A stretch of 64,000 bases of DNA from TPA_inf: Saccharomyces (taxonomy: Eukaryota), in the NCBI GenBank assembly GCA_000146045.2, contig BK006942.2:96001-160000 (forward strand), given 5' to 3'. Positions 1 through 10,106 of this stretch are shown piece after piece (the first letter of the stretch is position 1; each line of letters starts with the position of its first letter). The notes under the pieces were generated by a model. It did not search any database. It was not told the origin of the DNA and saw only the letters and a program-made list of their open reading frames with translations. The position numbers were made by a program, and so were the translations under genes.

Positions 1-285
1 TAAGGTACGACGGTGATCCAGTGGAGTCTGCACAACAAAATCCGGATTGTATGTCTGGTACGATGCTATTGACTCATTAGTCCTAGAAGGTTGCAAATGT
101 AGATTCACAGCAGACGATCTCTGGCTTAAGTTATGGAAGTTCCTATTACTAGAATTATTATGATTGAACAAACTGGTCCTGCTGCTCTGCCTAGAGAGAG
201 AGTTTGCAGCGTTGTTTGACACCGTTTTATAAAGGTATGATGGGTCCTCTACATTTCTTTCAAAAATCATAGAACTCTCGCTCAT
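1..285 (-). CDS. VHS2: N-terminal 95 codons of a gene that runs off the window start; Ser/Asn-rich low-complexity protein; by position (gene divergent from snR68/FLX1) probably VHS2 (YIL135C)
   Basis: ATG at 285 on the complement strand, then 95 sense codons to position 1 with no stop (MSESSMIFERNVEDPSYLYKTVSNNAANSLSRQSSRTSLFNHNNSSNRNF...). Absent from the ORF track because no stop codon lies inside the window. Gene identity is inferred from synteny only. Confidence 0.55.
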   Translation of the reverse strand, partial: MSESSMIFERNVEDPSYLYKTVSNNAANSLSRQSSRTSLFNHNNSSNRNFHNLSQRSSAVNLHLQPSRTNESIASYQTYNPDFVVQTPLDHRRTL

Positions 286-1110
286 GGAGGGGGAAGGTGG
301 CATATAATTATTGTCGTTCTCCCTCTGTGCCGCCACGTGGGAGTCGTGGTCTTGGTTGTGGTTGCTGGTATCCATCTTTGCCGTTTACGTTCGCTTTGCT
401 TGAAGGTAGTCTATCACAAAAGCTTTCAGGATCAACCTTTTGCGCCTCAAGAAATTGCATATCACCAAAGGGTGAGTTTAGTCTGATACTGTTTGTTAAT
501 CACCTCACGACTGTTGCAACATTAATATGGCGCACACACCGTGTTACGTGATGAAAATAAAGATAATAAAGCGATAGCATAAATAAAATACCATTTAATA
601 CGCTTTGTAAAACAAGCACTAACAAGGCGTTGCTTAATAACAAAATAGTCAGCATTCAACAACGTGAGAAGGATAGCTACGACATCTACATCTGCAGTGT
701 TGTTAAATTCGCTGCCAACAACCATTTATATGTCACCATACACGGTCATGCTCTCTTGCACCATTTTTCTCACCTATATAAAGTGAAAAAGTTTTCGATG
801 TCTCTTCTTCCTTCCTAGTAAACTACACTCCATGTGTTTCTGAAAGGGACCTTCAGGAGGTTACGATCAAGTATCTTGTGACATGCAAGAACTTGATGCT
901 TCGATGGGGGAAGTCTTATTTTCAATGTGTTGAAAAGAGTTAATTATGGAACGGTTGGTCATAGCTTTGTACAGCTCAATGTCGTCATGTTTGTAAGGAT
1001 ACAGGCGCGACTTGATCTGCGACTTACTGCTATCAAACGATAAATTATGTTTTTCTTCGTTTCCTTTTTTTTTCTTTTCAGTTTCCTTCCGTTTATTTTT
1101 TTGTTGGATT

Positions 1111-1246
1111 TATCATGATGAGCATTTATTTTACTGCGTTATCGTATTGACGGGGGCTGTTTAAGTACAGTCTGTTTTATAATCTATATTCATTTATATT
1201 TTATATTTCTTACCGAGGAAATTGACTCTTAACAGATTTGCTGAAA
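1111..1246 (+). ncRNA. SNR68: C/D-box snoRNA, ~136 nt; position and length match snR68 (2'-O-methylation guide for 25S rRNA)
   Basis: C box AUGAUGA at 1115-1121, 4 nt from the predicted 5' end. D box CUGA at 1241-1244, 2 nt from the 3' end. No ORF. Lies in the VHS2–FLX1 intergenic region. I recall snR68 being annotated just upstream of FLX1 on chr IX. Confidence 0.6.
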
Positions 1247-1394
1247 GGTTCATCTTACAAAAAAATTGGAAAACTTAAACTGAAAAAAAAAAAGTGAAGG
1301 AGTACGTGAAGAGCAGTAGCTTTCATAGGAATATGTACAATATCTTGTCTTTGTACTTTGCAAAACCAGCACGCAGCAGGAAGCTCTTGATAAT

Positions 1395-2330
1395 ATGGTC
1401 GATCACCAGTGGACGCCACTGCAGAAGGAGGTTATCTCAGGTCTGTCCGCGGGATCCGTCACCACATTGGTAGTGCATCCATTAGATTTACTGAAGGTTC
1501 GTTTGCAATTATCCGCTACAAGCGCACAAAAGGCCCATTACGGCCCATTTATGGTAATCAAAGAGATTATACGTTCGTCGGCGAATAGTGGACGTAGTGT
1601 TACGAACGAACTGTATCGCGGATTAAGCATAAATTTGTTTGGAAATGCCATTGCATGGGGAGTTTATTTCGGTTTATATGGTGTCACGAAAGAATTGATA
1701 TACAAGTCAGTGGCAAAGCCAGGGGAAACACAGCTTAAAGGTGTTGGGAACGACCACAAAATGAATTCGCTTATTTATTTGTCTGCCGGTGCTTCCAGTG
1801 GGTTGATGACAGCTATCCTAACAAACCCTATCTGGGTTATAAAGACCAGGATAATGTCTACAAGTAAAGGCGCCCAAGGAGCGTACACTTCTATGTACAA
1901 CGGTGTCCAACAACTGTTACGAACTGATGGCTTCCAGGGCCTATGGAAGGGCCTTGTACCCGCACTGTTTGGTGTTTCGCAAGGTGCCTTATATTTTGCA
2001 GTTTACGATACCTTAAAGCAAAGAAAATTGCGACGGAAGAGGGAAAATGGGCTTGACATCCATTTAACAAATCTTGAAACCATTGAAATCACATCGTTGG
2101 GAAAAATGGTCTCCGTCACTTTGGTTTACCCTTTTCAATTATTGAAATCAAACTTACAAAGTTTCAGGGCCAATGAGCAAAAATTTAGGCTCTTTCCTTT
2201 GATAAAATTAATCATTGCTAATGATGGTTTTGTTGGACTTTATAAGGGCCTATCTGCAAACTTAGTACGGGCCATTCCATCCACTTGCATTACCTTTTGT
2301 GTATACGAGAACCTTAAGCATAGGCTTTAG
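1395..2330 (+). CDS. FLX1: Mitochondrial carrier family protein (FAD transporter), 311 aa
   Basis: Three mitochondrial-carrier repeats with Px[DE]xx[KR]-type signatures (PLDLLKVRLQ, NPIWVIKTRIM, PFQLLKSNLQ). Length and neighbours match YIL134W. Confidence 0.93.
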   Translation: MVDHQWTPLQKEVISGLSAGSVTTLVVHPLDLLKVRLQLSATSAQKAHYGPFMVIKEIIRSSANSGRSVTNELYRGLSINLFGNAIAWGVYFGLYGVTKELIYKSVAKPGETQLKGVGNDHKMNSLIYLSAGASSGLMTAILTNPIWVIKTRIMSTSKGAQGAYTSMYNGVQQLLRTDGFQGLWKGLVPALFGVSQGALYFAVYDTLKQRKLRRKRENGLDIHLTNLETIEITSLGKMVSVTLVYPFQLLKSNLQSFRANEQKFRLFPLIKLIIANDGFVGLYKGLSANLVRAIPSTCITFCVYENLKHRL

Positions 2331-2526
2331 TAAATAAAGGCTATATGATAGATTTAATTTCTTGTAAATATCAAACGATAAAAATATAAAAAGTACGAAA
2401 GAAAAAGGGGAGGTAATCTAAACTGTAACGGGGAGGAATGGTTTCTTTGGTTTTTATTATTTCTAAAAAATATTTGTGATTATATTACAAAATGTAAAGT
2501 ATTAAAGAAAAACTATTTTTAATTTC

Positions 2527-3416
<890 letters not shown>

Positions 3417-3808
3417 TTTCTCGATTTGTTCTTCACCTTCCGTTTTCAAAGAGAAATAATATGTATAACGATAGCGTGCAATTATACAGTGTGATTACTA
3501 AATTGCTAATTTAATTATTATTACACAGCAGCCCAAGATTGAATTTCCCTGCAGTACCTACATTGACCCATTGCAATAGCATATTCTCAGGCATAAGCTC
3601 GGGGAGTGCACTACAGGTACTATTGCGCATCGGGCTTAGCCAAGGGTCTCTGTTGCCGGGCATGGATACAGAGGGAGAAGTCTAGCATCGGGGTAGTTTT
3701 CCCGGGCAGGATTTGTTCTGCATTGGCGGGCGTAGGAGCATAGCTAGGCCGAAGTATCATGAAAATAATCTCTCGGCCCGACGCAGAAAAATTTAATGTT
3801 TCATGAAT

Positions 3809-3835
3809 AAATGTACTGGTGTTACATGGTGTACC
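3809..3835 (-). promoter_or_regulatory. Two adjacent Rap1-like sites about 400 bp upstream of the RPL16A ATG
   Basis: Minus-strand ACACCAGTACATTT (12/14 match to ACACCCATACATTT) followed by ACACCATGTAAC. Tandem Rap1 sites 250-450 bp upstream of the ATG are typical of ribosomal protein genes. Confidence 0.35.
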
Positions 3836-3859
3836 GATGCTTTAATTGCACTTATGTAG

Positions 3860-4501
3860 TCATTCGAATAATGAATCTGCATAATACTTCCAGATATATT
3901 CAGCAAGGGAATCTCCATTTTTAATCCGCCTTCTCTTGCTACGCACAGATGACGTTCTTGTATTGTTGTTTTTTTTTAAATAATAATCTAAAAGCTGTTC
4001 CTTAGGGAATTCTAGCAGTGTTCTTATAGATGCATTCTCATTCTCGTCATTCCCCATTACACGTAACTTGAGCAATGTATCCCTTAACAGTTCGTGTGAC
4101 CTTTGAGGGGAGGATTTGAACTGGGAGTTTCTAAACATGACTTCTAATCCATTAATGTATAAGATGATCTTTAGGGGTTCTGTCACAGCGTCTTCAGTGC
4201 CTCTTTGGGCGTTTATTTTATTCATAGATAAGATTTGTAGTAGTTTCACCGTTATGGCACTGAGTTCTTCGAGATCAAGGCAAGTGTTGATTCTAATATT
4301 CTCGTATATTCTGACGTTTTCTGGAAGGGTTGGCGGTACAAGTTTTTGGAATTGACTTAGCGGGAATGAGCTTGTGGCATCAATAAAAAATAACTGGGTA
4401 ACAACATGCTCCTTTGAAAGATTCTGCTTGATAAATTGGCAAAGTTTGTTCTTTGTCGGGGAAGGCCAAATGGTAATCAGTTCCAAATCTTCATATTCCA
4501 T
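3860..4501 (-). CDS. CSM2: Shu-complex protein Csm2, 213 aa
   Basis: ATG-initiated ORF of exactly 213 aa; position between RPL16A and FKH1 matches YIL132C. Confidence 0.9.
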   Translation of the reverse strand: MEYEDLELITIWPSPTKNKLCQFIKQNLSKEHVVTQLFFIDATSSFPLSQFQKLVPPTLPENVRIYENIRINTCLDLEELSAITVKLLQILSMNKINAQRGTEDAVTEPLKIILYINGLEVMFRNSQFKSSPQRSHELLRDTLLKLRVMGNDENENASIRTLLEFPKEQLLDYYLKKNNNTRTSSVRSKRRRIKNGDSLAEYIWKYYADSLFE

Positions 4502-4780
4502 CCTTTGCCGCTAGCAGTCTCTTCTCTCCATTTTTTTTTTATTTTCTTTTCTGGCGGTTTCCTTAATCTAACATTAAAATAAATAAACTACTGTAGCTTT
4601 CGCGTTTGGTAGCACAGAGGGTACAGAAGTCATAAAGAATCAAAAAATTCATTCAATAAAAAGATATAAATCGAGAATTCTTGTTTATTTAATCGTTAAT
4701 CTAAAAGGTGTAAGATATTTCTTAACGGGTCTTTGTTCTTTATTGTTTAATAATACATATGGGTTCGACGACGCTGAATT

Positions 4781-6235
4781 TCAACTCAGAGAGGAATTGT
4801 TCACGTTTGCGTTTGTTGTTACGTCCATGGATGTCGTAGTAGAAATTTGGCCAGTGAGTTGAGTTCTTTGTAATTGCGGGGCGCTTTCACCTAAAATCGA
4901 GCTCGTAGCTTGTAAAGACTTTTTCACCTTCTGTGCTTTTATCCCCCTCGGGTCAATTGATGAAGATTCAGGAGCAGGTATTTCTCCAAATTTGGACATG
5001 TGCAATTGCAGCTGTCTTGTCACAGAGGCGCCTCGTCTAATCTTACTCAATTTACCAGCATTCCACTTGTTCAAAAAATCACGCCTGACTTCATCGCTAA
5101 TTTTCCAATTCATCCCTTTACCTTGTTGACCAGCTCTTTTGGGCACCTTCTCGAAGGCTTTATTTAGGGACAGATTATGCCTCACGGAGTTCTGCCACGC
5201 CATTTGAGAAAACCTGTAAAATGCGTAGTTGTCAGAGATAAATTTGTAAATATCCGCTAATGAAATACTACCTTCGGGTGTTGAAAGAATGGCTTGGGTG
5301 ATCATCGATGCATACGACTGTGGTGGTTTGATATATCTGTTTTCATCCAGCGACAAGTCTGATGGATTTTCTATATGGGGTACATTACCGTTAGTGACAG
5401 CATTGTTGCTACTGGACGTGTATGTATTCGGTCTAATTCCTCCTCTGGTGTAATTTTCATCTTCTTCATCTTCTTCCATCATAATCGTGTCTCCATGTGG
5501 ATCCCCTATTGGGTTAACATCTGATGATGACGATAATGGGGTGTGTAGGTGGTCCAGCTGTTGTAATCGAGCCTCTTCCTGTAACCTTTGCTCTCTTAAA
5601 TAGGTAGAACCTTCGATAATGTTACGTAGCAACGGGTTGTTGTTACCATTCGTACCATAAGTAGATAGTAATTTGGGCATGAGGTGATTCAGGCAATAAT
5701 CCGATATAATAGTTTCTTGTTCCGGCAATATAAAGATCATTTGCACACCACCTATGTCTATGATACAACCAGACTGTAGCACCGTAGGAGGAGAGTCTGG
5801 ACCTGTGGGAATCCTTCTAAAATTGACCTTAGCACCATTTCTACCGAATATCTGTAATTCCCATGATCCGCTCTCCAGGTTGAATCTGATTGCAGCATGC
5901 TTCCTAGACACAATTTTGGCAGGACCAAGATCAATGTCTATATTCTTCTTCACGACTGTACCGGGCACAGCATTCAAGTTCAAGCTGTCTGTGTTCCTAC
6001 CAATGGTAACTTCTAATTTTTGTACATAATACGTCCAATCACATCCGGCAATTTTAGCATAAGCGTTGACCTCTCTGGCAATACTCAAGCTATTGGAATA
6101 GTCACTTGACACAGCCACAGGATCGCTTGACGAGCTAAGAACACATGTCACCGCATTAACAAGCCCTTGGCGATCCTGGGCTGTATACGAACTATACTTA
6201 CCACTAAATTTTTGTTCCCTACTGGTAACAGACAT
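4781..6235 (-). CDS. FKH1: Forkhead transcription factor Fkh1 (FHA + forkhead domains), 484 aa
   Basis: Forkhead DNA-binding domain (KPPQSYASMITQAILSTPEGSISLADIYKFISDNYAFYR...WQNSVRHNLSLNKAF). N-terminal FHA-like region. 484 aa. Confidence 0.95.
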   Translation of the reverse strand: MSVTSREQKFSGKYSSYTAQDRQGLVNAVTCVLSSSSDPVAVSSDYSNSLSIAREVNAYAKIAGCDWTYYVQKLEVTIGRNTDSLNLNAVPGTVVKKNIDIDLGPAKIVSRKHAAIRFNLESGSWELQIFGRNGAKVNFRRIPTGPDSPPTVLQSGCIIDIGGVQMIFILPEQETIISDYCLNHLMPKLLSTYGTNGNNNPLLRNIIEGSTYLREQRLQEEARLQQLDHLHTPLSSSSDVNPIGDPHGDTIMMEEDEEDENYTRGGIRPNTYTSSSNNAVTNGNVPHIENPSDLSLDENRYIKPPQSYASMITQAILSTPEGSISLADIYKFISDNYAFYRFSQMAWQNSVRHNLSLNKAFEKVPKRAGQQGKGMNWKISDEVRRDFLNKWNAGKLSKIRRGASVTRQLQLHMSKFGEIPAPESSSIDPRGIKAQKVKKSLQATSSILGESAPQLQRTQLTGQISTTTSMDVTTNANVNNSSLS

Positions 6236-6781
6236 TTATTATTACTGTGTCTCTCCAAGCCTTTCTTTGCTAATTGAACGCACAATTTACACACTATTAT
6301 TTAAACCTTCAATCTTCTATAGAGCCGGTATTCATCTAAACCTCTTACCATCCTGTTCTCTCTATACCGTTTCTGATTTGTTTATGTTTTTCCATTTTTT
6401 TGTTTACCTCATCCATGGATCATAACCTATTTCGTAACTTTTTTAGACCTATCATATATGCTATATTTCCGTTCAAGCCCTTAAAAAACATTTTATAAGA
6501 CCTACGCTCTTCAAGCCCTAGTGATTTCTTTTTTTCTTTTTTTTTTTTTTGGTAATTTTTTTTTCAAAAGTGACTACAGTAATGAGGTTTGTCTACCTGG
6601 ACATGACCTTCTATTGTTGAGTAGTTCCTTGCATTGAAGACAACCAGTAATCGAATTTTTTATAAAGCGGTTAGAAAATCTCGAAGAGGTTAACATATAG
6701 AAAAAAAGCCTCTTTTTATTTGAGTTCCATAAGGTAAGAGACAAAGAAAAAGGAGCGCATATTATAATTGATAAGGGCGTT

Positions 6782-9349
6782 ATGCCAGAACAAGCGCAAC
6801 AAGGGGAACAGTCTGTCAAGAGAAGAAGGGTCACTAGAGCCTGTGATGAATGCAGAAAGAAAAAAGTTAAATGTGATGGTCAGCAACCATGTATCCATTG
6901 TACTGTGTACTCTTATGAATGTACTTATAAGAAGCCTACGAAGAGAACACAGAACTCCGGAAACTCCGGAGTTCTAACACTGGGCAATGTTACTACTGGT
7001 CCATCATCAAGTACTGTGGTGGCAGCCGCCGCTTCCAATCCAAATAAACTCCTCTCAAACATTAAAACAGAAAGGGCTATTTTACCGGGTGCTTCTACAA
7101 TACCTGCAAGTAACAATCCATCTAAACCAAGAAAGTATAAGACTAAGAGCACAAGGTTACAATCGAAGATTGACAGGTACAAGCAAATATTTGATGAGGT
7201 CTTCCCGCAGTTACCTGATATAGACAATCTGGATATTCCTGTGTTCTTGCAGATCTTTCACAATTTTAAGAGGGACTCGCAGTCGTTTTTAGATGACACT
7301 GTGAAAGAATATACTTTAATCGTAAATGACAGTTCTTCTCCGATCCAACCAGTACTTTCTTCAAATTCAAAAAACTCCACTCCAGACGAATTTTTACCTA
7401 ACATGAAAAGTGACTCGAATAGCGCCTCCAGCAACAGGGAACAAGACAGTGTAGATACCTACTCCAATATCCCCGTTGGTAGAGAAATAAAAATAATTCT
7501 ACCACCAAAAGCGATCGCTTTACAATTCGTGAAAAGTACTTGGGAACATTGCTGTGTTCTTCTCCGATTTTATCACAGACCATCGTTCATTAGACAATTG
7601 GATGAGTTGTATGAGACAGACCCAAACAATTATACGTCTAAGCAAATGCAATTTTTACCATTGTGCTACGCTGCAATCGCTGTGGGAGCATTATTCTCGA
7701 AATCCATTGTCTCAAATGACTCGTCAAGGGAAAAGTTTCTACAGGATGAAGGTTACAAGTACTTCATTGCAGCAAGGAAACTAATCGACATTACAAATGC
7801 CCGTGACTTGAATTCCATACAAGCAATTTTAATGCTGATTATATTCTTACAATGTTCCGCACGTTTATCAACGTGTTACACTTATATCGGTGTCGCCATG
7901 AGAAGTGCTTTGAGAGCAGGCTTTCATAGGAAATTGAGCCCCAATTCTGGTTTTAGTCCAATAGAAATTGAGATGAGGAAACGCCTTTTTTATACAATCT
8001 ATAAACTGGACGTTTATATCAATGCAATGCTGGGCCTACCGAGATCTATTTCCCCCGACGATTTTGACCAAACTCTCCCCCTGGATTTATCAGATGAGAA
8101 TATCACTGAGGTGGCGTACCTACCTGAGAACCAACACTCCGTTTTATCAAGTACGGGGATTTCGAATGAACATACAAAACTATTTTTGATTTTAAATGAG
8201 ATCATTTCTGAACTATATCCGATAAAAAAAACTAGTAATATAATTTCTCATGAGACAGTTACTAGCTTGGAATTAAAGTTGAGAAATTGGTTGGATTCGT
8301 TGCCCAAAGAACTGATACCTAACGCAGAAAATATTGATCCTGAATATGAAAGGGCAAATCGTTTATTACATTTGTCTTTTTTGCACGTTCAGATAATATT
8401 ATACAGGCCTTTTATTCATTATTTATCACGCAACATGAATGCTGAAAATGTAGATCCCTTATGTTACCGGAGAGCCCGGAACTCTATTGCCGTGGCTCGA
8501 ACGGTTATTAAGTTAGCAAAAGAGATGGTTAGTAATAATTTATTAACTGGTTCATACTGGTATGCCTGTTATACAATTTTTTACTCCGTTGCAGGTCTCT
8601 TATTTTACATCCATGAGGCGCAATTGCCTGATAAGGATAGTGCTAGAGAATATTATGATATTTTGAAAGACGCAGAAACTGGTAGAAGCGTTCTTATTCA
8701 ACTCAAGGATTCTAGTATGGCCGCTAGCAGGACTTATAATTTATTGAACCAAATTTTTGAAAAACTAAACTCAAAAACTATCCAGCTTACTGCGTTACAT
8801 TCATCACCATCCAACGAAAGTGCCTTTTTAGTGACTAATAATTCCTCCGCTTTGAAACCTCATTTAGGAGATTCATTGCAACCACCCGTATTCTTTTCTT
8901 CCCAGGATACGAAGAATAGCTTTTCATTAGCTAAGAGTGAAGAAAGCACCAATGATTACGCTATGGCTAATTACCTAAATAATACACCTATTTCCGAAAA
9001 TCCTTTAAATGAAGCACAACAGCAAGATCAAGTATCCCAAGGAACGACTAACATGTCTAATGAAAGAGATCCGAACAATTTCTTATCTATTGATATCAGA
9101 CTTGATAATAATGGCCAATCAAATATTCTTGATGCCACAGATGACGTCTTTATCAGGAATGACGGCGACATCCCTACTAACAGTGCATTCGATTTTAGCA
9201 GCAGTAAGAGCAATGCATCAAATAACTCCAACCCAGATACCATTAACAACAACTACAATAATGTTAGTGGCAAAAACAATAATAACAATAATATTACTAA
9301 CAATAGTAATAATAATCACAACAACAACAACAACGACAACAACAACAAC

Positions 9350-9381
<32 letters not shown>

Positions 9382-9676
9382 TAACAATAGTGGTAATAGT
9401 AGTAATAATAATAACAATAATAACAATAATAAAAATAATAATGACTTCGGCATTAAGATTGATAACAATTCACCGTCTTATGAAGGGTTTCCCCAGTTAC
9501 AAATACCGCTTTCACAAGACAATTTGAACATAGAAGATAAAGAGGAGATGTCACCTAATATTGAAATTAAAAACGAACAAAATATGACTGACTCAAACGA
9601 TATTCTTGGAGTATTCGATCAGTTAGATGCTCAGCTATTTGGGAAATACCTACCTTTAAATTACCCCTCTGAATGA
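6782..9676 (+). CDS. ASG1: Zn2Cys6 zinc-cluster transcription factor Asg1, 964 aa, with a long C-terminal poly-Asn tract
   Basis: Zinc-cluster motif CDECRKKKVKCDGQQPCIHCTVYSYEC at the N-terminus. Fungal-specific TF middle homology region. 964 aa. Confidence 0.93.
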
Positions 9677-9767
9677 AAACGTTATCTTTGATTTATATTC
9701 TATAATATCGTGGCTACAGCACTTGCTGAACATAAGCTTAAAACGTTTATGTGTGTATTTATATATG

Positions 9768-9826
<59 letters not shown>
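9768..9826. repeat. (AAT)n / (ATA)n trinucleotide microsatellite, ~19 units, in the ASG1 3' flank
   Basis: Uninterrupted ATAATAAT... run visible in the sequence. It generates the spurious poly-Ile and poly-Leu minus-strand ORFs 9656..9847 and 9700..9912. Confidence 0.95.
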
Positions 9827-9827
<1 letters not shown>

Positions 9828-10106
9828 GTGATAAACTGCAATAACAAAAGAAAATAGTACCAATCCTGGATCTAGTTTTCCCTAAAATCCAATTTTTACT
9901 TATCAGCCTCACTTCCTAAACTACCTCACCTTCAAAAGCTCGATAATTAAAAGAAAACATGAATAATATAGTAAACAATGATAATAGTTTCTCTATAAGA
10001 TTATCTAATTTTCGAACAGTATTAGCTATATGCGAAATATCTTCATCATTGGTACCTTATCATAAACCAAGGCCTGCTTTATATTTATTTGAACGAAAAA
10101 ATTAAC

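Noticed and set aside
297-818. ORFs 297..551 (+), 522..725 (-), 630..818 (+) just upstream of the VHS2 start.
   Set aside because: Short, AT-rich, no domains; they lie in the VHS2 promoter / snR68 upstream region.
9009-9912. ORFs 9009..9527 (+), 9028..9252 (-), 9656..9847 (-), 9700..9912 (-) with poly-Thr, poly-Ile and poly-Leu runs.
   Set aside because: Frame-shifted readings of the ASG1 AAT/AAC codon repeats and the 3' (AAT)n microsatellite.
10070-10095. Near-match to the ARS consensus (CTTTATATTTATTTG) in the convergent ASG1/TAO3 3' intergenic region; similar weak ACS-like strings near 40400 and 31370.
   Set aside because: 10/11 matches to WTTTAYRTTTW occur by chance frequently in AT-rich yeast DNA. 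Origin activity cannot be judged without B-element, ORC or 2D-gel data.
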